This document shows positions 58,279 through 64,000 of a DNA stretch of 64,000 bases, piece by piece; the first letter of the stretch is position 1, and each line of letters opens with the position of its first letter. The stretch is from Cyanidioschyzon merolae. Taxonomy: Eukaryota. The stretch lies in assembly GCA_000091205.1 (NCBI GenBank), contig AP006501.2; one strand, written 5' to 3'. The notes beneath the pieces are model-generated. The model was given only the letters and a program-made list of their open reading frames with translations. It did no database searches and was not told the DNA's origin. The translations under genes and the position numbers were made by a program.

Positions 58279-59628
58279 GTGGCGAGTGAATGCGGCTGTT
58301 GGAAAAAAGGTCATTCAGGAAAGCGTACTTGCAAAATGAGCGACAGGGAACTTGGTCTCCCGGCGCTGATGAAAGCACACAGTAGCTTGGGCTACTTGAG
58401 TGGAGGCGTCTGTTTGCTCGCAGGTACGCTCGTTGCGCGCTACGCTCGTTTCTGGCGGCACTGGTATGTGGCACACGTCGTTCTACAAGTCACAGGTTTC
58501 CTGCTAACGCTACTTGGCTTTTGTTTGACGGAGATATGGCACCAGGGTTTTTTGGTTATGCAGGATTTGCATGCTTGGAACGGATTCGCTTTTCTCTGTC
58601 TATACTTTGGTCAACTGTGGCTGGGGATGCTCCGTCCACACGCGGCGAGTCGTTGGCGTCCTCTGTGGCGTCGAGCGCACGCAGCTGTCGGGGTGTTGCT
58701 TGTGGCTGACTACATCGTTCAGCTCTACAGTGGTATCCATCGACTCTTTCGCATGTTCAACTTACCAAACGCAAGATACTTTATTGTGTGGAGCGTAGCG
58801 CTGGGCGTTTTTGCGGTGTCCATCGTTCTGTTGGAACCGACACGGTGGCCACCCAGCCGTTCAGTGGTGAAGCACTGGCGCCTTGACGCACAGCGATACG
58901 CGTACCGTACTCGTGTGTTATTGATTACAATCACTGCACTGTGTGCTGCTTTCCTGGTATTTCTGGTGCTTCTGTTGACCAACCAGAGCTTCGCTCCATG
59001 GAGCAACGATGGCGGCATGAGCGGTATGCCGGCCATGCCGATGCATACGACCTTTTTCTGGTATGATGAACGCGGCTTCAATCTATGGTTCTCTTCGCTG
59101 GTTGTGATCGGTGTTGGTCGTCTTATTGCCGCTGGGATTCTGGTGGCAACGCTTGCGTACACTGCGAGCTTTGCCCTGCACGTCGTGATGCGAAGCGGTT
59201 CACCAAGAGGACCGCAACCGGCGCAAACGAATGCACCGAAAATGTCTTGGGTTGCACGTGCGCTCGTTCACGTGTGTTTGGTTGCATTGCACTATCTGCT
59301 GATGTTAGCTGTCATGACATACAGCGTTCCGCTCCTTTTGTCTATTCTAATAGGCCACGGCCTGGGTGCGTTGGGGTCGAACTTTTGGCGTTCGAGCGGC
59401 GACACAGCGGCGTTCAACAGCGACACGGAAGAGAAGCTCCTGGAGCCAAGCGCAGAGCGTTATGCATCGCCAAAGATCCCAGATGGGAAACAGGATCTGC
59501 GGGTCTTGCTCAATGCAGACTGCTGTGCTTCTTCGACGTGTTGCGGTTCAAAGTGTACCTGTGAACCTGGTCGCTGTTTCTGTGGAATCGAGGTGTGCAG
59601 CGATAAGCGCTCCAGCTGTTGCACCTGA
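58279..59628 (+). CDS. Fusion protein made of an N-terminal di-heme cytochrome b561 domain (ferric/cupric reductase type), a CTR/COPT copper-transporter domain (Met-motif, MxxxM-x12-GxxxG), and a Cys-rich C-terminal tail.
   Basis: The b561 domain is KAHSSLGYLSGGVCLLAGTLVARYARF...WYVAHVVLQ...LHAWNGFAFLCLYFGQLWLGMLRP...WRRAHAAVGVLLVADYIVQ, with four conserved His and the motif pattern H..G..Q..G.lRP. The CTR domain has the extracellular Met motif MSGMPAMPMH, then MLAVMTYSVPLLLSILIGHGLGALG, which is MxxxM followed by exactly 12 residues and then GxxxG. The tail reads DCCASSTCCGSKCTCEPGRCFCGIEVCSDKRSSCC. Confidence 0.75.
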   Translation: MASECGCWKKGHSGKRTCKMSDRELGLPALMKAHSSLGYLSGGVCLLAGTLVARYARFWRHWYVAHVVLQVTGFLLTLLGFCLTEIWHQGFLVMQDLHAWNGFAFLCLYFGQLWLGMLRPHAASRWRPLWRRAHAAVGVLLVADYIVQLYSGIHRLFRMFNLPNARYFIVWSVALGVFAVSIVLLEPTRWPPSRSVVKHWRLDAQRYAYRTRVLLITITALCAAFLVFLVLLLTNQSFAPWSNDGGMSGMPAMPMHTTFFWYDERGFNLWFSSLVVIGVGRLIAAGILVATLAYTASFALHVVMRSGSPRGPQPAQTNAPKMSWVARALVHVCLVALHYLLMLAVMTYSVPLLLSILIGHGLGALGSNFWRSSGDTAAFNSDTEEKLLEPSAERYASPKIPDGKQDLRVLLNADCCASSTCCGSKCTCEPGRCFCGIEVCSDKRSSCCT

Positions 59629-61694
59629 TCCAGTACGTCAGGCATCGAGGTCTCACGAGGGAGCCCTTGTCGGCTTGAAAATGCATTGCATCGAGCCGAT
59701 GCTCGAGCAGGCATCGCGAAATTGGTGTTTCTTTCTAGGACGCGGACGGCAGGACGCACGATGCCGTAACAGTATCCGGGGATAGGCTTGGATCTTGCAG
59801 GGTCGGTCGGTCGATCGGTCGGTGGGTCGACTGACCCCTGATGCAATTGGAGAATACCGCCATTGGCCAAGAGCATGGACGCGTCCGCAAAAGAGGTGAG
59901 GTCGACGCCGCGTTCACCATCGGCTCTCGGGGACTCTTGTGCTTCTGGTTCGCACACTTGATCCTGCGGCATCCGAACTTGGCTCGAGTGAACAACGCCT
60001 CGAGCCGACGCCCTCTGTGCTATAGAAAAGCCGTTCTGTCTCCATGCAGCGACCGCACCCGCACTATAGGAGCCATTGCGGTCGCTTTCGGCAGGCTCGG
60101 CACACGATAGAACGTATGAAACGACCAGAATATCCGAGAAAAAGTACAGGTAATGTAACGTGGAGGTAGAATATTTGATGGATACTTCACCGCGCAATGA
60201 AAAAACACAAAAAGAAAGGAGAACGCGCACAATCGGAGAACGCTGGCCTAAGTAAACGTTTAGTCAAATTTACATCCGACCTTGGCTGCTCTTGCTTTGG
60301 GAGAGCTCTCAACTCGCACAGGTGATATGGAGCACGCAAGGAAGAGAATCACTGGCATCCCTGGTCGTGTCGGAACTTGCATCCTTTCGAGATGCAGGCA
60401 CACAGATACCGCATTCCAAAGTCGTTGCCAACGGCAAGTGATGCACAGATTTCTTTGTGACATCTCGAGTATTCGACGGATCCTGAACCTGTAACGGGAA
60501 GTTTGCAGCTCTGGGATCGCTTCGAGGCCAGGTTGCGCCCCCCTCCCGGCACCGTTTCTCATGAAGGCATGCGCAGGCGCTGCCTCGCACTGACGAACAT
60601 CATGGGCACTTTGAGCCGTGCTCTCTCTGTACGGCCGCTGGTGCGGCCGGCATCATAGTCAGGTTCGGCATCCTCAGGATCTGGGTTGTTGGACCGATGG
60701 AACCCCGTGTTCCTGACCGAGAGGCTGGACTTGAGCGTATGGAACTTAGTCATGCCAGGAGGAGAAGGATGGCTTATTCCCTGCTCGCCGGTGTATACTG
60801 CATGTCCAGGGTTCCCGGCTAGGTGTATCGACCATGAAAAATGCTTTGACCCTCGTTAGGTCTCAGCTCGTAACCCAACCAGCGTCGCTACAAGAGCGTC
60901 GCGCTCTCCATGATAGGAATAGGGGAACAACTGCCCATGAGCATCAGAAACAGGATTCAGGGATCCTGCGTAACATTCGTTGATCCCGTACCATGAAATA
61001 AATCCGCCCTTGAGCCGTACAAGCGGCAGATGAGGCGTTGCGAATGCCCGCAAGCCGGAAGAACAAGGACCTTTGAGATATTTTATGTGGGCACGCGGGC
61101 TAGGGTACGAGACGCTGTGCATTCGCCCAGAGCGGAGGGGTTCCGCGAACCTGCCTTGCGCGTTGAGTACACTGCTACATAACCCCCGGATGCAAGTTTC
61201 GCTTTGTATTGGAAGCGACGAATCCAGCGAATTCGGTACAACAGAGCGAGGCGGTATTGCCAGGCGTCTTGCGGGAGCTGCTTCCGGCAAGACGCACGCC
61301 TACGCTGCTCGCGCATCCACATAAAAAGTCCCGCGTCTTTTTCTCCAGCTCAGTACTCTTTCCTGATCTTTACATTCAACCCTAAAGTCATCTGCGAGAA
61401 GCAACAAAGTTCCTCATAGCCGCACAGCGACACGAAAATTACTCTTTGACTCGCGAAAATCTCCCCCGTAACTTAATTGGGCATACAAATACGCACCAAG
61501 GAGCGAGACGACGAGATTCAGTACCTTGAACGCGCCGAGTAGGATCACGAGCGAGGACGCTCTCTAGGCTGCTCGCTGTGTTCGACGGCAGTGACTGCAT
61601 CTGCGCTGCGGAAACAGCCTTCGCTGTAGCTCCGTACCGCGACGCTGCGCGCAAATGAGACGTAGCGTGCTGGTCCCAGACACGGCACGCGTGT

Positions 61695-62837
61695 TTACTT
61701 TCGACGTGCCGCTTTGGACTCAGACGGCGCATGCGTCGGTACGATGACGCTTTTCGCATAATCGCGCACCACGCCGTTTTTGCGCTCCTCTTCGATCTGC
61801 TCTTTGATCCAAAGGTACGTTCTTCGGAGCCCCTCTGCGAGTGGGATTTGTGGCTCCCACCCGAGCACTTTGCGACAGAGGTCGTTATTCGAGTTGCGCC
61901 CACGAACGCCTTCTGGCCCAGGAATATGCTTGATCTTCAGCTTCTTGTTCTCAAATGTCATGATAAGCTCCGCCATATCGTTCATGGATATCATCTCCTC
62001 GGAGCCGATGTTCAACGGCTCCGCGAAATCGGAATCCGTTAGACGAATGACGGCCTCCACCGCATCGTCGATGTAGAGGAAGGAACGCGTCTGCTTGCCG
62101 TCGCCCCACATTTCGAACTCACCGTCCGAAGCGATCACCTTTCGGCAAAAGGCAGCTGGTGCTTTTTCGCGACCACCTTGCCAGGTTCCCTGCGGCCCGT
62201 ACACATTGTGAAAACGCCCAATACGCGTCTCAATGCCGAAATCTTTCCGATAATGCATGCACAACTGCTCGGACATGAGTTTCTCGAGTCCGTATGCGTC
62301 CTGGGGTTGCGCCGGCCACGCATCCGACTCTTTGAGGCCCTGCTGCATATCCTCTTTCATCTGAGCGTACTCGGGATATACGCAAGCGCTTGAAGCATAG
62401 TAAAACCGTTTCACACCATTGACACGGGACGCTTCAAGCATGTGCAGACTGATCAAACTGTTGTTGTACAAGATAACACTATGGTTGCTCTGGATGAAGC
62501 CCATACCGCCCATATCTGCCGCAAGGTTGTAGACCGTATGACAGTTACTCGAAATCTGCTTACAGTTTTCGTACTCACGCAGGTCCACCAGGTGAAACTC
62601 ATCGCAAAAGTCCTCCTTGCGCATGTACTCGTTTTCCTTCCAGTCCGCTGCGACGACGTAGTAACCCAGTTGCTTCAGTCGCTTCGCCAGGTGCGACGCA
62701 ATAAAACCGCCTGCGCCAGTGACACAGACCCGTATCTTCCCATCGACTTTCATAGAGTCAGGCACTTGGCTAGGATGCGGCGCAGGCATACTTGTGCGTG
62801 TTTGTGAACGTACGTCACCGACGAGCAACCCTAGCAC
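61695..62837 (-). CDS. GME: GDP-mannose 3,5-epimerase (L-galactose/Smirnoff-Wheeler ascorbate pathway), 380 aa.
   Basis: The ORF is near-colinear with plant GME: IRVCVTGAGGFIASHLAKRLK..GYYVVAADWKENEYM.EDFCDEFHLVDLR...NLAADMGGMGFIQSNHSVILYNN..IS..MLEA.R.NGVKRFYYASSACVYPE...KESDAWPA.PQDAYGLEKL..E.LC.HY.KDFGIE.RIGRFHN.YGP.GTW.GGREKAPAAFCRK...FEMWGDG.QTRSF..ID..VE...RLT.SDF.EP.NIGS.EM.SMN.MAE......NKKL.I.HIPGPEGVRGRNS.N. Confidence 0.95.
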   Translation of the reverse strand: MLGLLVGDVRSQTRTSMPAPHPSQVPDSMKVDGKIRVCVTGAGGFIASHLAKRLKQLGYYVVAADWKENEYMRKEDFCDEFHLVDLREYENCKQISSNCHTVYNLAADMGGMGFIQSNHSVILYNNSLISLHMLEASRVNGVKRFYYASSACVYPEYAQMKEDMQQGLKESDAWPAQPQDAYGLEKLMSEQLCMHYRKDFGIETRIGRFHNVYGPQGTWQGGREKAPAAFCRKVIASDGEFEMWGDGKQTRSFLYIDDAVEAVIRLTDSDFAEPLNIGSEEMISMNDMAELIMTFENKKLKIKHIPGPEGVRGRNSNNDLCRKVLGWEPQIPLAEGLRRTYLWIKEQIEEERKNGVVRDYAKSVIVPTHAPSESKAARRK

Positions 62838-63114
62838 GCTACCAGTGGATATCGATGGGATGCCTGGACGGCGGACGCGCTTGCGGTGATCGATGCATCG
62901 ATTTTCCGCCTAGCGCAGACAGCCACTTCCGCCTCTGCCAACGGGGTGGCGCATCGACAGAGCGACGACCTCACCGCCGCCGCGGCCGCCCAGCGAACGT
63001 CCACAAGGTGAATCCAGCATGCGTTGCTAGGTGATGCGCTGGAGGCGTTTTCGCCAATCGCATGCAGCATCGCGTGTTTGGCGCAGCCCGATGCCGCAAA
63101 TCCCTTGAAGCAAT

Positions 63115-63150
63115 GGCGGTGGCGGTGGCGGTGGCGGTGGCGGTGGCGGC
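63115..63150. repeat. (GGCGGT)n microsatellite of 6 units, in the shared 5' region between the divergent GME and MGST3 genes.
   Basis: ggcggtggcggtggcggtggcggtggcggtggcggc. Confidence 0.95.
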
Positions 63151-63305
63151 GTTGCCGCGACGCGACGCGAGGCGACGCGATGCAATGGATGATGGGCGAT
63201 GCCTGCGTGCAGTGCTTCGTGCCAAAATCGTCAAAGCGCTGGCATTCAGGGATTTGTAAAGGCGAGCGTCGTTGTAGACGAGTATACTGACGGACAGAGC
63301 GTCAC

Positions 63306-63749
63306 TTGAGACCTAGAATGTTCGAGAATAGTAATCTAGTTCTTCCACCGTACTACGGGTATGTGCTACTTGACCTTGTTGGCGTTTTCATGGAGCAGAT
63401 GTACTTTTCGGTACAGGTGATGCGAGCCCGGCGTCGGTATAACGTGCCGTACCCGAACCAGTTCGAGCAGAAAACAGAAGGTGTTTCCCGTTTCAACTGC
63501 ATCCAGCGGGCACACATGCAGTTTATGGAAACCTGTATCTTCTTTGTTCCAGCGCTGCTGTTTGCTGGACTTGAGCATCCTCGAGAGGCAGCTGCGTTCG
63601 GCTTGATCTTCTTGATCGGACGTCTCGTGTTTTTCCACGGATATGCGAGCGGCGATCCTCAAAAGCGTCTGCGCGGTGCATTTTACGTCATAGGCGTGCT
63701 TGGAAACCTGGCTTTGTGTGTGCGGAGCGCGCTCAAGCACCTTGCGTAG
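63306..63749 (+). CDS. MGST3: MAPEG family microsomal glutathione S-transferase, MGST3-like (147 aa).
   Basis: YGYVLL...ARRRYNVPYPNQF..........FNCIQRAHMQFMETCIFFVPALLFAGLEHPREAAAFGLIFLIGRLVFFHGYASGDPQKRLRGA follows the MGST3 pattern (YGFVLLT...ARKKYKVEYP.MY.......IFNCIQRAHQN.LE.YP.FLFFLAVGG..HPR.ASGLGL.WIVGRVLYAYGY.TGEPSKR.RGA). Confidence 0.8.
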   Translation: MRPRMFENSNLVLPPYYGYVLLDLVGVFMEQMYFSVQVMRARRRYNVPYPNQFEQKTEGVSRFNCIQRAHMQFMETCIFFVPALLFAGLEHPREAAAFGLIFLIGRLVFFHGYASGDPQKRLRGAFYVIGVLGNLALCVRSALKHLA

Positions 63750-64000
63750 GAGGGCGCGTTCCGTGGCAGGCTGTTGCGCACAGATAGGTTGCTGTCGCGC
63801 GCCTGGCTCTGTCCCAGGTCTCGGACGATGGAGTGGAGCGTTTCGGTTGACCCAGTGCTATCGCAATGTCTCCAGGAAATGTAAAGCAATAGAAAACTTT
63901 TGAGCAGGTACCTTCAGGAATCCGTAGAGCCCTTGCTGCTGTTTCGTGATCCCACGTCTCCCAGATGACAGGTCAGGGGGCGGTTGCATCGGGAATGCGG

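Noticed and set aside
1-64000. A prokaryotic-type system (operon, defence island, CRISPR array or phage) as the 'exciting system'.
   Set aside because: The sequence is clearly eukaryotic nuclear DNA. It has monocistronic genes on alternating strands, eukaryote-specific proteins (MAPK, CPSF160, XRN, UBE2S, VPS13), microsatellites, and no Shine-Dalgarno-spaced gene clusters or CRISPR repeats.

Overview
This 64 kb window is GC-rich (roughly 58-62%) eukaryotic nuclear DNA, not a prokaryotic locus. Genes alternate between strands, and very long uninterrupted ORFs (3729 aa, 1880 aa and 1363 aa, each in a single frame) indicate an intron-poor genome. Trinucleotide and hexanucleotide microsatellites are abundant, both in intergenic DNA and inside ORFs where they encode poly-Q, poly-S, PA and TG runs. 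Several genes are cyanobacterial or plant-type and carry N-terminal transit-peptide-like extensions. The clearest is a stand-alone biotin carboxylase (AccC of the heteromeric plastid ACCase). The others are a DUF151 bifunctional nuclease with UVR motifs (plant BBD-like), a DUF2358-like protein, an NDH-2-like oxidoreductase, and GDP-mannose 3,5-epimerase. The source is therefore most likely an intron-poor alga (a red-algal or cyanidiophyte-like lineage, or another compact GC-rich alga); I cannot fix the species from sequence alone. The gene set I can support is a VPS13-like chorein-N giant protein, a prenylcysteine-oxidase-like FAD oxidoreductase, a TEY-type MAP kinase, a sterol-desaturase/fatty-acid-hydroxylase family protein, a CPSF160 orthologue, biotin carboxylase, the BFN+UVR nuclease, an XRN-family 5'-3' exoribonuclease, a pyridine-nucleotide-disulfide oxidoreductase, a UBE2S-type E2 enzyme, a rhodanese-like protein, a cytochrome-b561/CTR copper-transporter fusion, GME, and an MGST3-like MAPEG protein. 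Non-genic structure includes three unrelated intergenic tandem arrays with 144-bp, 128-bp and 67-bp units. There is also a near-perfect ~1.37-kb inverted repeat pair that brackets a 2.5-kb spacer carrying the rhodanese-like gene, and a diverged dispersed repeat of about 600 bp present in two copies. No rRNA, CRISPR or recognisable prokaryotic defence system is present, and I could not verify any tRNA by eye.
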